A stretch of DNA of 64,000 nt from a cyanobacterium endosymbiont of Rhopalodia gibba (GTDB taxonomy: Bacteria; Cyanobacteriota; Cyanobacteriia; Cyanobacteriales; Microcystaceae): NCBI GenBank assembly GCA_045159875.1, contig CP067995.1, positions 1,056,001 through 1,120,000 of the forward strand, read 5' to 3'. Below are positions 24,015 to 36,137 of the stretch, one piece after another. Every line of letters starts with the position of its first letter. Position 1 is the stretch's first letter. The translations under genes were made by a program, and so were the position numbers. The notes beneath the pieces were generated by a model that was not told the DNA's origin, did not search any database, and saw only the letters and a list, made by a program, of their open reading frames with translations.

Positions 24015-26327
24015 TCAGGTTAGTGTTCGCCTTATCCCTGCCATAATTTGTCCTAAAGCAATTCCACCATCATTTGGAGGTACTTTGCGGTGCCATACGG
24101 GTATGAATTGTTCTTGATTTAATCGACTGATTGCTTGTTCAGTTAAGTATTTATTTTGAAAACATCCCCCTGTTAAAACAACTTTCTTTTCTGAGATAAT
24201 TTGAGAGATTTCAATTATTACTTCAACTAGAGTATTATGAAACTTAGCTGAAATTTCTTCGATAGACAAGTGTTCTGAAAGATCGTCTAAAATTCCTTTT
24301 ATAATTAGCTGCCAATCAACAATTAAAGGGCAATCGTTTCCTAATATTTCATAGTGATAGACTTTATCTGTTTTATAATCGATGGCTCTGTGTTCTAAGT
24401 TCATCGCTGCTTGTCCTTCAAAACTGGTCTGTTGACAAATCCCCAAAATAGAAGCCACCCCATCAAAAAGCCGTCCCACACTTGAAGTTAGCGGAGTATT
24501 TAAATTACGAGATAACATCCGTTGAATTAATTTTAATTCTTGATTAGAAAAACTTTTGAATAATTGAAATATTTCTAAGCCATCAAAAGAGCCAAAAACT
24601 TCGTAAAGTATGCTTAAAGCAATACGTCTCGGTTCCTTAACTGCCCGATGTCCTCCAGGCAATTTAAAAGGTCGAAAATGAGCCACTCGTTGGTAACCAC
24701 TATCAGTAATTAACAAAAACTCTCCCCCCCAAATTGTACCATCTTCTCCATAGCCTGTACCATCCCAAGCAACTCCTAAAACAGGTGCAGTAATTCCATT
24801 TTCTGCTATACAAGAGAGAACATGAGCATAATGATGTTGGACCTTAACTACTGGAAAACCTTGGGACTGAGCAAATTGACTGGAAAGATAGTCTGGATGT
24901 GCATCACAAGCGATAATTTTAGGTTCAAAGTCATAAAGTCCTTTTAAACTGTCTATTACCTGATAAAATGCACTTAAGGCTTGATAATTACTTAAATCTC
25001 CAATATGTTGACTGATAAAGACTTGATTGCCCCGTAAAATTGCCACCGTGTTTTTTAACTGTCCACCAGTTGCTAGAAGGGAGATGGACGAAGGTGAATC
25101 TTCAACTTCTGTATTTTGCATTTTGCCTTCTGACTTCAGAATAATCGGAAAAGGTGTATATCCTCTTGCGCGACGGAGAACTACTTCTCGTCCTGCTATA
25201 ACGCGAACCACAGAATCATCTACAGATCTTAGAATAGGACGATTGTGGACTAAAAATACATCGGCAATATGTCCCAGTCTTTGTCTAACTTCGTCTTCAT
25301 TAATACAGATGGGTTCATTGGAGATGTTCCCACTGGTGGCAACCAAAGGGAATTTTAGATTTAAAAGTAACAAATGATATAAAGGAGTATAGGGTAACAT
25401 GACTCCCCAATAGGGATTATTCGGAGCGACAGACTCCCATAAGTTGATATAATTCGATCTACGTTTGAGTAAAACAATAGGAGATTCAGGAGAGGTTAAT
25501 AATTCTTCTTCTAGAGGACTAACATGACAATGTTTTTTAATTAACTCAAGAGATGAATACATTAAAGCAAAGGGTTTTTGCGGGCGACCTTTGCGTTGTC
25601 TTAGTTGCCTAATGGCATTAGGGTTACTTCCATCAGTCATTAGATGGAATCCTCCTAACCCTTTAACTGCTACTATTTTTCCCTCCTTTAAAAAATTTAC
25701 TGCAATGTTAAGGGCTGAGTCTTGAATAGCTATACTGTTTCCTTCCTTATCCCAAAGGGCTAATTGGGGACCACAAGAGGGACATGCATTTGGTTGAGCG
25801 TGAAATCTACGATCGTGGGGATTTTCATATTCCTGCTGACACTCAGAACACATAAAAAACTTTTTCATGGTAGTTCGAGGACGATCATAGGGTAAAGTTT
25901 CAATGATGGTATAACGCGGGCCGCAATTAGTGCAGTTAGTAAAAGGATAGCCATATCGTCGGTTTTGGAGGTCAAAAATATCTCGTAAACAGTCGGGACA
26001 AGTGGCTAAGTCAGCCGGGATAATGGCATTTTTTTCTCCACTAACGCTGTGATGAATGTCAAAAGTAGTGTACCCAATATAATCTAAACAAGTGGTTTCT
26101 ATTGATTGAATGTGTGATCGCGGTGGTTTTTCTGTTTGCACTCTTGACAAAAACTCTTTTAGTATCTTGGATTCTCCTTCTACTTCAATAGACACCCCTG
26201 ATGCAGAATTATAAACCCAACCTGTAAGATTTAATTCTGTGGCTAGTCGATAAATAAAAGGGCGAAATCCTACCCCTTGAACTGCTCCAGATATTAGCGT
26301 TCTTAATCGTTTTTTAGTCATTTGCAT
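24015..26327 (-). CDS. hypF: Carbamoyltransferase HypF
   Basis: Acylphosphatase domain (GAVQGVGFRPF), two CxxC zinc fingers, VKGLGGFHL, QHHYAH, DGTGYG, NDGGIALGQ. Confidence 0.96.
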   Translation of the reverse strand: MQMTKKRLRTLISGAVQGVGFRPFIYRLATELNLTGWVYNSASGVSIEVEGESKILKEFLSRVQTEKPPRSHIQSIETTCLDYIGYTTFDIHHSVSGEKNAIIPADLATCPDCLRDIFDLQNRRYGYPFTNCTNCGPRYTIIETLPYDRPRTTMKKFFMCSECQQEYENPHDRRFHAQPNACPSCGPQLALWDKEGNSIAIQDSALNIAVNFLKEGKIVAVKGLGGFHLMTDGSNPNAIRQLRQRKGRPQKPFALMYSSLELIKKHCHVSPLEEELLTSPESPIVLLKRRSNYINLWESVAPNNPYWGVMLPYTPLYHLLLLNLKFPLVATSGNISNEPICINEDEVRQRLGHIADVFLVHNRPILRSVDDSVVRVIAGREVVLRRARGYTPFPIILKSEGKMQNTEVEDSPSSISLLATGGQLKNTVAILRGNQVFISQHIGDLSNYQALSAFYQVIDSLKGLYDFEPKIIACDAHPDYLSSQFAQSQGFPVVKVQHHYAHVLSCIAENGITAPVLGVAWDGTGYGEDGTIWGGEFLLITDSGYQRVAHFRPFKLPGGHRAVKEPRRIALSILYEVFGSFDGLEIFQLFKSFSNQELKLIQRMLSRNLNTPLTSSVGRLFDGVASILGICQQTSFEGQAAMNLEHRAIDYKTDKVYHYEILGNDCPLIVDWQLIIKGILDDLSEHLSIEEISAKFHNTLVEVIIEISQIISEKKVVLTGGCFQNKYLTEQAISRLNQEQFIPVWHRKVPPNDGGIALGQIMAGIRRTLT

Positions 26328-26685
26328 TCTAAAAATTAGTGAAAAAAAGTTCAGAGAGAAACAATTTAACGGCTCTCATTTTTAGGACTAAAATAAAGTC
26401 GATGGCCACCGAAAGATTAACAAATCATTGCATACCTAACTGCTTGCTAATCCTGTCTAATTTAGCAATCTAACTTTTTTATCTTCCTTTTTAATTTGTC
26501 TCTAGACTTTCTATATCTTCTTTAAGTTTAATCTGCCGTATCTTAATTTATCAGCAAAATCTTTGTTCAGGTTGTTTGACTTGGTCTCAAACTTCTCATC
26601 TATCTAATAGAATTTACTGTTTTTATATTTTAATAGGTCCTTTATAAGTAAAATATTTTTATCTATTATTGTTCTTTGAGTTACT

Positions 26686-26722
26686 TTCACTATGCTTTAA
26701 TTAATACTTAAAGCATAGTGAA
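26686..26722. repeat. Inverted repeat (15-bp arms) downstream of tldD, possible terminator
   Basis: ttcactatgctttaa-ttaatac-ttaaagcatagtgaa. Confidence 0.7.
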
Positions 26723-26834
26723 CCCTGGTTATTTTATAGGTGACTAAAGATATTAAAGTTTAGAAGATAAATGGGGATAAAGATTATATTTCTTCTATTT
26801 AAAATCCCCAGTCGCTTATTAATAATGTCTCAAC

Positions 26835-28304
26835 TTATCGTCCCCCAACAGTAATTTTATCAACCTTTAAATGGGGTTGTCCTACGGTAACGTAAATGCT
26901 TCCACTTACAGAACCACAGAAGCCAGGAGCCAACGCTAAGTCTTGGGAACACATGGAAATCTCCGTCATAATGTCTTTAGCGGTTCCAATTAGAGTTGCA
27001 CCTTTAAGGGGTTTGGTCACTTTTCCCTTTTCAATAAGATAAGCTTCAGAAACGGAAAAGTTAAATTCACTAGTAGGTCCAACACTTCCCCCCCCCATTT
27101 GCTTACAATAAATCCCTTTATCGACTGACGCAAACAAATTATCAATAGAATAATCACCAGGGGCAATATAAGTATTTCGCATTCGTGAGGCTGCAGCATA
27201 GGCATAATTTTGACGACGACCACTTCCTGTCCGAGGATGTCCGGTACGAACTGAGCCGGTACGATCAGCTATAAAGTTCTTTAAAATGCCGTTTTCAATT
27301 AATAAAGTACGCTGTGTAGGCATTCCTTCATCGTCGATGTCCAAGGTTCCAAACTCCTGATCGGATAAGCCCTCATCCCAAGCAGTTAAGCTTTCATGGG
27401 CAATCTTTTCACCTTTTTTCTCCATAAAAGGAGTGGTTTTATGTTCAATTTGGGTAGTTTCTAACAAATGTCCGCAAGCTTCGTGGAAAATGACCCCACC
27501 AAATTGATTAGCCATAATAATGGGGTAATTTCCAGATTCTACATAATCCGCATAGAGCATTTTACCTGCAGATTCAGCTACTTCTTCAGCAGCAGTTTCG
27601 TAGTCCCATTCCCGTAGGAAACCAGGGTCACTGGTATTGCCAAAGCGTTTACCCATAGAGGTGCGATGTTCCCCATCGGAACATAATAGTGAATGACCTA
27701 CAGATTGCGTCAGACGAATATCTCTAGCGAAAACCCCGTCACTGGCGGCAATCAAGATTTCCTGCCAATCGCGAAAATACATAACCCGACGAGATTGGAC
27801 ATGATTAGCTTTCTGTCCTAGTTTGGCGTTAGCTACCAAAAGAATATCTCCCATTTCTGCCATGGAACTACAGTTACCTAACCAAAGTTCCTTATCTTTT
27901 ACTTTTGTATAGTCTCGCATCATTTCCAGGTTAATTTTAGGAATGTAAGCGTTAGGGGAAGGACAGGTTAACTCTAAAATAGATAATGCCTTTTCTAGGG
28001 CAACTTTTAGCCCGGTAAAAGAAATATCATTAGTGCTGACATAACAATCTTCTTTACCTCGAAATACACGGATACCAGCCCCTGTGGAGAGACGAGGGGA
28101 TAGACTAGTGATGGTGTCTTGTTCAGCTAAACAACTGATATAGTTTACCCGTTCGAGAAAAAATTCCACGAAATCTGCTCCTGCTGCCCGTCCCAATCCT
28201 AGTAAAGTGGATAAGGGGTCCTGCCAACTTTGGTCAAAGTGCTCTCTGCTGGAATGATAAGTCAGGTCGGGGAGTTCTTTAGACGTTAATAGTGTGGATG
28301 TCAT
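26835..28304 (-). CDS. tldD: TldD/PmbA family metalloprotease (TldD type)
   Basis: [10 protein letters not shown] metal motif, [25 protein letters not shown]...VTVGQPH. Confidence 0.9.
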   Translation of the reverse strand: MTSTLLTSKELPDLTYHSSREHFDQSWQDPLSTLLGLGRAAGADFVEFFLERVNYISCLAEQDTITSLSPRLSTGAGIRVFRGKEDCYVSTNDISFTGLKVALEKALSILELTCPSPNAYIPKINLEMMRDYTKVKDKELWLGNCSSMAEMGDILLVANAKLGQKANHVQSRRVMYFRDWQEILIAASDGVFARDIRLTQSVGHSLLCSDGEHRTSMGKRFGNTSDPGFLREWDYETAAEEVAESAGKMLYADYVESGNYPIIMANQFGGVIFHEACGHLLETTQIEHKTTPFMEKKGEKIAHESLTAWDEGLSDQEFGTLDIDDEGMPTQRTLLIENGILKNFIADRTGSVRTGHPRTGSGRRQNYAYAAASRMRNTYIAPGDYSIDNLFASVDKGIYCKQMGGGSVGPTSEFNFSVSEAYLIEKGKVTKPLKGATLIGTAKDIMTEISMCSQDLALAPGFCGSVSGSIYVTVGQPHLKVDKITVGGR

Positions 28305-28429
28305 ATAATTGTGTGCCTTAACTAGCTTTCTATGATATTGCTGATTTGTAGGGGCGTATTCGTTAGTCTAACTCATCTTTCAGCGAGCTTATATTGTATT
28401 TATCAAGGATTTAATGAAGATTTGATAAA

Positions 28430-28744
28430 TCAATTTTCTCTTGAAAACTGCAAAGTTTCTTTTAAGATTTTCTGACTAATGCAAATATCTGCTTGCGACA
28501 ATGCTGATATTAACAGTTTGATTTCGGAGATGACTCCCTTACGTTTCTCACGAAGCTGCTTCCCACTGTTTCTAATTACTTTTAAATCAAGTAGTCTGGC
28601 AAAGTGACAGACTACTTGATTTAAAAGAATCAGCAAAATATCTTTTAGTTCTATTACTAAAGCAATTACTTCAACTTCTCCAGCATCCATTTTTCTTTTT
28701 AAAGTGGCGATAACAGCAACATGTTTAAAAATTTTAACCTTCAA
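28430..28744 (-). pseudogene. Truncated, decayed DUF3368 (PIN-like) protein
   Basis: MDAGEVEVIALVIEL...ARLLDLKV...KRKGVISEIK...ISQKILKETL matches the DUF3368 C-terminal pattern, but the D-E/D-x-x-x-R and GTLG residues are lost and the N-terminus is missing. Confidence 0.6.
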
Positions 28745-30777
28745 GTAATTTACCGGCGACTTTAATTATAGTAATTGCGTTTCTTTAAAACTAATCTCAA
28801 AGGGAAGTTATGCTTCTTCTGATTTATTTTTTTAGATATTGTTAAAAAATAGGAATAATTAAATTGATAAAAACTAAATAAGCATAAGTATTAATATTTA
28901 TTAAATTTATCTTTTTTTGATACTTAAATTAATGTTCAAAATTAGCTTATTTGTCTAGATAAGTTATTTGTATTAATTTTGATTTTTTGTGATACTCTTG
29001 AAACAAGATATTACTGCACTTAATTCAATACTAATTATATTTTTTGGAAGAAACAACGGTGACAAGTTACTTTATTTAAGTACAGTAATAGTAATAATAT
29101 TATCTATATTTAGAGATATTAAAAACTATTTACTATTTTTGATGGTGTTTTTTTAAAAAAAATTAAAACACTACTTGGTTTAAAATTAGTCTACTTTTCA
29201 CTAAGTAGTGTTGGCAATCTTTATTAAGATTATTGATTAATAGCAGTATACCACTTAATTTTGTATTTTTTCTACATTTGATAGCTACATTTTCACAGTG
29301 GAATTGTAATATGTATCTACTCAAAATAAAGTAAACTAGAGCTAGTCTACTTTATTTTTTTATTTCTTATTAAGAGAACTCATTAATGTTAGTTTATTTA
29401 GTATTGATAATGAGTTTTTATGTCTTACTGAAATCACCTATGATTTTTTATTATTTGAATTTAATTAATTTAACTACCATAAAATTATATGTGTATATTT
29501 AACTTTTTTAAAGACAAAGTAAATTAATAAGCAATATAATTTTTTTTTAAAATTTTATATATATTCCTTTATTTTATTCTTTCTTAGGATCTTAGAAGAA
29601 TAATTTTTATCAACCATAGAAATAATATTTATTATCTCTGTACTATAATTACAACCTATTCTCTACATAGTTATTGAGATCACTGATAAAAACTTATAGA
29701 TTTGATCCAGTAATACTTTTAGCGTTCTTTTACTAAAAAAAATACTAAAATAGAAAAAATACAGATCTAGATTAAGTTAAAGACTCTAATAAAAATAAAA
29801 TTTAAATAATAATTAAATTTGACATCAAAGCAATCAAAGTTAACTTCATATCGCTTGAGCTAATTCTTTTAAAGAGATTATTTTATCTGACTGTTTTAGC
29901 TTGATTATATTTATTTTTAAATATTTTTATTGTATTGATAAATACATACTATTTTTTGTTTATAATATTTAAATTTTTAAAAACTAAGCCACTTGTATGC
30001 ATTTAGTTATTGTCAAAAACAATTACCATTTTTATTCCTTTATTTTTGCTGTATTTTTATTTTTTTTAGTAAACTTCTATTTTTCATGCTACCTTTTGAT
30101 AAAGCATGATAAAAACTTTTCTTAAATCCTAATATTAGTAGGATGTTTAGTTGGCTTTTTTTAAAACTTTGTAAAATTAATTCCTAATATCATAACTTGT
30201 GCATAAGTAATACTTACCAGAATTTATGTGTTAAAGATTACTTTATTTGAGCTTTACTTTTTAAGTAATCATTAGTAAATATTTATACTATTTTTTTAAA
30301 AAAATAAACTATAATCCTTCTGTTATTCGAGTAGTCTATATAGAAATTGTTTTCCTGATTGATTGTATTTTATGATAGTTTCATTCAGTCTGCAATTTTT
30401 TTAAAGTTTTATCTTTTTGTATTTAAAGACAACATTTCTACTTTTGTTCTTGTTCTTTAGAAAATTTTCTAGCTGTGAGTTAATTTTAATAGTTCTTGCT
30501 CTTCTAACTCTGTTAATCTAATTTTTAGGCAGGTTGGTATCTAGTGATTGCCCTTTATAAAAATACTTATTTGGGTTACATTTATTTAAGTTTCTCTCTT
30601 GACCAATAATTTTTTATTAGTATTAATATTTATTTATACAAATTTTTCTGACTTGGTAACGAACTAAGCAGAGTTAATCACCAGTTATGGAGTATAATAA
30701 AAAAAGTAGACTCTAAGACAGTTTCTAATTTTATCCTTATTTCTCCTAAATTTTAAAATTTTTCTCCTTTTTCTCTT

Positions 30778-30954
30778 ATGCAACATATTATTAAACCCTT
30801 TAAACCAGATAAACTTTATGAAGTAATTGTTAGCGCTTGTTTTTCCATTAAAGCAACCTCAAAGGAGGAAGCCAAACAAAAATTAGAAGCGTTACTCAGT
30901 GAAATTGATGCAGATCACTGGGAGTTCGAACGTATTAATGAAGCTGAACATTAA
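30778..30954 (+). CDS. Small hypothetical protein, 58 aa
   Basis: ATG..TAA open frame MQHIIKPFKPDKLYEVIVSACFSIKATSKEEAKQKLEALLSEIDADHWEFERINEAEH; protein-like composition, visibly more GC-rich than its flanks; below the ORF-track cutoff. Confidence 0.6.
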   Translation: MQHIIKPFKPDKLYEVIVSACFSIKATSKEEAKQKLEALLSEIDADHWEFERINEAEH

Positions 30955-33319
30955 AGTTAATAATCGATAGTTAATAATAAATAGTTTAGTTGCAATCTAA
31001 TCAATGATTTTTCAAATGGATGTAATGATATGCGATTAACTTTTTAGTGGCTGAATTGGAATGACTAGAAGCTAAAATAAATTAGTTTATTGTGGTTAAA
31101 CCTCGTATAGTTTCTAATAATTAGCGGTATTTTAGGGAAATTGCTATCAGCAATTATATGATAAATGGATGGTTTAAACGTTTAAAGATGAAGAAGATGA
31201 TTCCTGTTACACATTTAATTCTACTTTTGCTGAGTTTAATAAAATGAGTCGATTAGAAGCATTAGCCCAAAAACTTATTATTGCTCTGTAATCAAAGAGA
31301 TTAGGATATCTTGAAAACTCAATGATTAATTTAACTTTACTTAGTATCTTTTATTAATAAATTTATCCTTTTAAATTTTTGATTGATTTCTAAAATTTTA
31401 ACTTTAATAATTGGTCTTATTGTAATAACTTGTTTATTATTTTTAATAAAATGATCAGCTACTGCAAGAAAGATAAACTAGTCCATCTTGGTAAGTCTAA
31501 TATCAACAAAGATACTAAAGTAAACTACATTAGGTAATTTTTTTAACAAACTATTCCATTCTTTCAGTTCAATTAATAGTTTCTATTATCTCCTTTCAAG
31601 ATATTAAATATTTAAATTATTATCTAAGATTTAGTCCTCCTTTTTCTTAATGACATAATAATAACAATAGTTTATCAGGTAAGTAATCTAATTTTTTTAG
31701 TAAATGAAATATATTTAAAATTTAGGTTTTTATTATACTGATAACTTTAGTAAGTAAAGAGAAAAAAATATGGAAAATCGTAATATTTTTTTATAAATAG
31801 TTGATTTTTAGAATCAATAGCTATCTTAATATTAAAGATTATTTACCCCTCTCACTATTTAAGATAGTATTACTTAGTTTTTAATTTTTTTAAATGCTGT
31901 TTTTAAGTCAAATAACAAAACATAATCAACAAAAATATATATTGCCATAATATTTTTATTTGAAGTTATTTTTTAAAGTTTTAAAACATTAAAAATTAGA
32001 CAATTTTTTTTAATTTTATATAATTAATTTTAATAAAAAATAATAAAATATTCAAGTTTATTTTTGTTTATTTTTAATTATTTCTTGATAAAAATCTTTG
32101 ATTACTCAATTGTTTACCTAAATTACTGGAAAAATAGACAGCCTAAAATAACTGATTTATTTACTACACTCAATATTCAAAAATAAAGTACAGTTTTATT
32201 TTTCTTTGAATAAAGTTTAAATATGCCGACATGTCAGATTTTTACTACCACTTGAGGATCACAATATATTTTTTATTTAAAAATAGAGCTTCATATTTAG
32301 TTAGTTAAAAATTTTTATGAATTAAATTAACTTTTTATTTTTATTATTTAGTAATAATTAATTTTGTATATGATCTTGTCTTATAAAGTATATATAATTC
32401 TTTTAGTTAAGTTTTATATAAATAAGATTGTATTCTTTAGTTTTTTAGTAAGTTTATTTCATAAAATTATCATTTTTGATATAGTTTATTTGAATTTTTA
32501 AAATTTAGTTAAATAATTAGGTTATACTCAACTAATGATGTTTTATTAACTAATAAAATGTTAAAATAAAAAGTTCAAGAATTAGAAATTAATAGATCTT
32601 CTCTTGATTGACTTAAATTTAATTATCAATATCTTGCTTTTTTTAAAAAAATTATCCAGTTTTATTGCTTTTCATGCTTAATTTTAATTACATAAAAAAC
32701 TACTATTTAAGTCTAAAAAAATTAGTTTTTTAAATTAGTATTTTAGAGTTATTGTATCTTTTATGTAGATTTTTTATAATGATCTAATTAAGTACTAACT
32801 TATTTTCTTGAATTAGATATATTTTCTGCCACTTTAGATTGTAAAATTAATTGACTAACAAAATCATCATTAGTTTTTTAAGGTTAAAACTAATTTCTTA
32901 TAAATCTTTTCTAAAACTATTAATTTTTTTAAACTTTATAAATAAAAAGATTACTTTTTATTCCTTTAAAGAATAAAGAAGTTAATTACTAAGAATTAAA
33001 CATAAAAGTCTAAATATGATTTAACTAAGTTAAAAATTAACATCAAATTTATACTGACTGATATTTCTATGAGTTTTGAACTTTATTTAAGCTTTTTATC
33101 CTAAAGCATTTCCTAATTTTTTTATATTAGTTGAGAGTTTATCTACTTTCTTAATAATTTCTAATGTTTTGATATAGTATCGTTCATTTATATTCAATTG
33201 TCTATGGTGTATATGTCACCTTAATATGAGAAGAATAATGGAGATAAAAATAAACCTAGGAAAAACCCCTAGGCTAATATGAAATTGTCCAATTTATAAG
33301 AATTTATTTTTGATAAACC

Positions 33320-34336
33320 TTAAACACTAAATAGACTTTTTAAAACACGTCTCGTATTAGCAAGTTTTATTGCATCTACAGCCGCAGTTGGTTCATAACC
33401 ACAATGTACCATACAATCAACACATTGAGGCTTACCACTTTTGTTACCATAATTATCCCAATTAGTTTCTTCTAACAGTTCTTTAAAGGTTTTATAATAA
33501 CCTTCGTTTAAAAGATAACATGGTTTTTGCCAACCAAGAACACTATAACTCGGACTTCCCCAGGGAGTGCATTCATAATCTTTCTCTCCTAATAGAAAAT
33601 CTAAAAATAGAGGATTGTGATTAAAATTCCATTTCTTTTTACCTGACTTCCAAGGACTAAGAATTTTTCGGAATAATGCCTTAGTTTGTTCTCGTTTTAA
33701 GAAATGATCTTGATCGGGAGCCCATTCATAACTATAACCTGGAGAAATCATCATTCCATCGATTTTTAAAGTTTCGATAAAATCAAAAAAATCTTGCATT
33801 TCTTGGGGATCTGAGCCTTTAAAAACCGTTGTATTTGTAGTAACTCTAAATCCTTTTACCTTCGCTGCTTTAATTCCGATAATCGCTTTATCAAAAACCC
33901 CTTGGCGATCAACACATTCATCATGTTTTTTTTGTAATCCATCAAGATGAACACTAAAAGTCAGATACGGAGACGGTTCGAACTTGTAAAGACTTTTCTC
34001 TAATAAGAGAGCATTAGTACATAAATAAACAAACTTTTTCCGTTGTACCAATCCTTTGACAATTTCATCAATTTGCGGATGTAATAAAGGTTCTCCTCCT
34101 GGAATAGATACTACCGGTACACCACATTCTTCTACCGCAGCAAAGCATTCTTCAGGAGTCAGGTTACGCTTAAGAATTTCTGGTGGATGTTGAATTTTAC
34201 CGCATCCTGAACAGGCTAGATTACAACGAAATAGGGGTTCTAACATCAATACTAAGGGAAAACGTTGATGACCAAATAAACGTTTACTGATTATATAAGT
34301 CCCCACCTTGAATGCTTGTCGTAATTGAATAGCCAT
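33320..34336 (-). CDS. hpnH: Adenosyl-hopene transferase (radical SAM)
   Basis: [55 protein letters not shown]. Confidence 0.94.
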   Translation of the reverse strand: MAIQLRQAFKVGTYIISKRLFGHQRFPLVLMLEPLFRCNLACSGCGKIQHPPEILKRNLTPEECFAAVEECGVPVVSIPGGEPLLHPQIDEIVKGLVQRKKFVYLCTNALLLEKSLYKFEPSPYLTFSVHLDGLQKKHDECVDRQGVFDKAIIGIKAAKVKGFRVTTNTTVFKGSDPQEMQDFFDFIETLKIDGMMISPGYSYEWAPDQDHFLKREQTKALFRKILSPWKSGKKKWNFNHNPLFLDFLLGEKDYECTPWGSPSYSVLGWQKPCYLLNEGYYKTFKELLEETNWDNYGNKSGKPQCVDCMVHCGYEPTAAVDAIKLANTRRVLKSLFSV

Positions 34337-36137
34337 ATACTTTTTTGTACCTTTGAACTTCTAAATATTATAAACACAGTGGTTACGAATTGACAAATTG
34401 CGTAGAATATAAACTCTCTAGAATAGATAAAATAATCGCTATATATTGAATGGACTTAAAACTGCTTAATGAGAATAAATCACATCATAAGATATAAAAT
34501 GATTTAATTTGATTGAAAGAATAGAAAAATAATCAACTTCTCCTAAATAAGTAAATCCCAGGAATAATTACCTGAAACAATTAATGTCTTTTTTAGATAA
34601 TTATTGTAAAATAAGTTTTATCTGAAATAATATTTATCTAATTTAATTTTATTTGACTAATATTTTATTTATTTTTTTGGGGTAAAGTATTCCTATTTTA
34701 AAGAAAAATATAGTTAACTTTTTTGATAAAAATTATTAATTATAAATAGATTTTCTGGGAATAAACTACTTGTTTATTTGTCTGTAATAAGTAATTAGTG
34801 AAAAATAATTATTATATTTACTTTATTCTTTTATAATCAATATGTCTTTTTATTTATTTCTTTTACGATAATTTTAATTATACCTGTTTTCAATAATCCT
34901 CTTATTTTTACTGCATAAAATAACTTTTTATTCCTAGATTTTATGTGGAGCAATTTCTCTGTTTCTTATAGTTTAAACTTACTTTAAGGTTTTTTAGTCT
35001 TAACATTTGTTCTTATTCTAAGCAAAATAGTTATTTCTCTTAACTTGCTTCTTGTCAAAATAAAAAATATGATTATTTTTATTTTTCTCTATTACTAGCT
35101 CTTCTTTCAAAGAAATTTATAATTGTTAGAGGTTAGTTTGATTTTTTTGTTTTATGGAATTGAATAATTCTTAGATGTTATAAGTTATTTAACATTTTAG
35201 GAGGACTACTTGAGATGGCTCATATTTCTTCTTTCCTTAATTTTTGTTTATTTTTCGAAAAATATGATGGGGTTTCTATTTTCTTTGAAAAAAATTAAGA
35301 CATTATTTTATCAGTTTTTTTTATAAAAGCTTTACCTAATTTACATTTTTTTAAATTTATATTCTCTTGTATTTTAACACAAATTTTTACTTTTATTTTC
35401 TTGGCAAAAAAACTTTTATGTAAGTTAATATTTATTTATATATTTATAGTTATTACTTTTTTAAGTCTATTAGTCTATTTTTTTAGGTAAAGCAACATCC
35501 AATAATTACTATTGTTTAACAGTTAAGATAACTTCAGATATTTTTTTAAAAATTAACTGAATTTTTTACTTTTACTTTTATTTTCAATTAGAAAAAAATA
35601 GACCAATATAATTAAATTATTCTTTACCAAAAAGTCAACAACTTTGCTCAAATTTTATATCACCATTATAGCTGTACTATAAATACTTAAGGTTCTCCCT
35701 GCAAAATCAATATTTTGTGTAATTTTATTGTACCAATAAATTTGTGATTGATTCTTAGCTAAAAATAGTTCACACTCTCACAAAATAAGTCATTAAACAT
35801 CTCGAATCAATTATTACAGCCTGAGTATTGCGGTTTAGCGAAAATACTAGATATAAAAGTATGAATGAAACTTAACATTTTACTTTCTGGTAATGATTTC
35901 GATAGCTATATACTACTTTTACACATCTTTCATTAGTATTCAGTTGTCTGTTCTTTAATCTCGAAAATTGCAATATAAAACCGTAGTATACTAAAACTCA
36001 TTTATACGACAGACAACTCCTACATAAAAAAATAAGGAACTTTTATGATTTCTAGTTTGATATATGAGAGGATGGGCAAGGAAAACTGATCTTTAAGAAT
36101 TACGATCAATTCCTAATCCTAGAGTCTTGATATCCCC

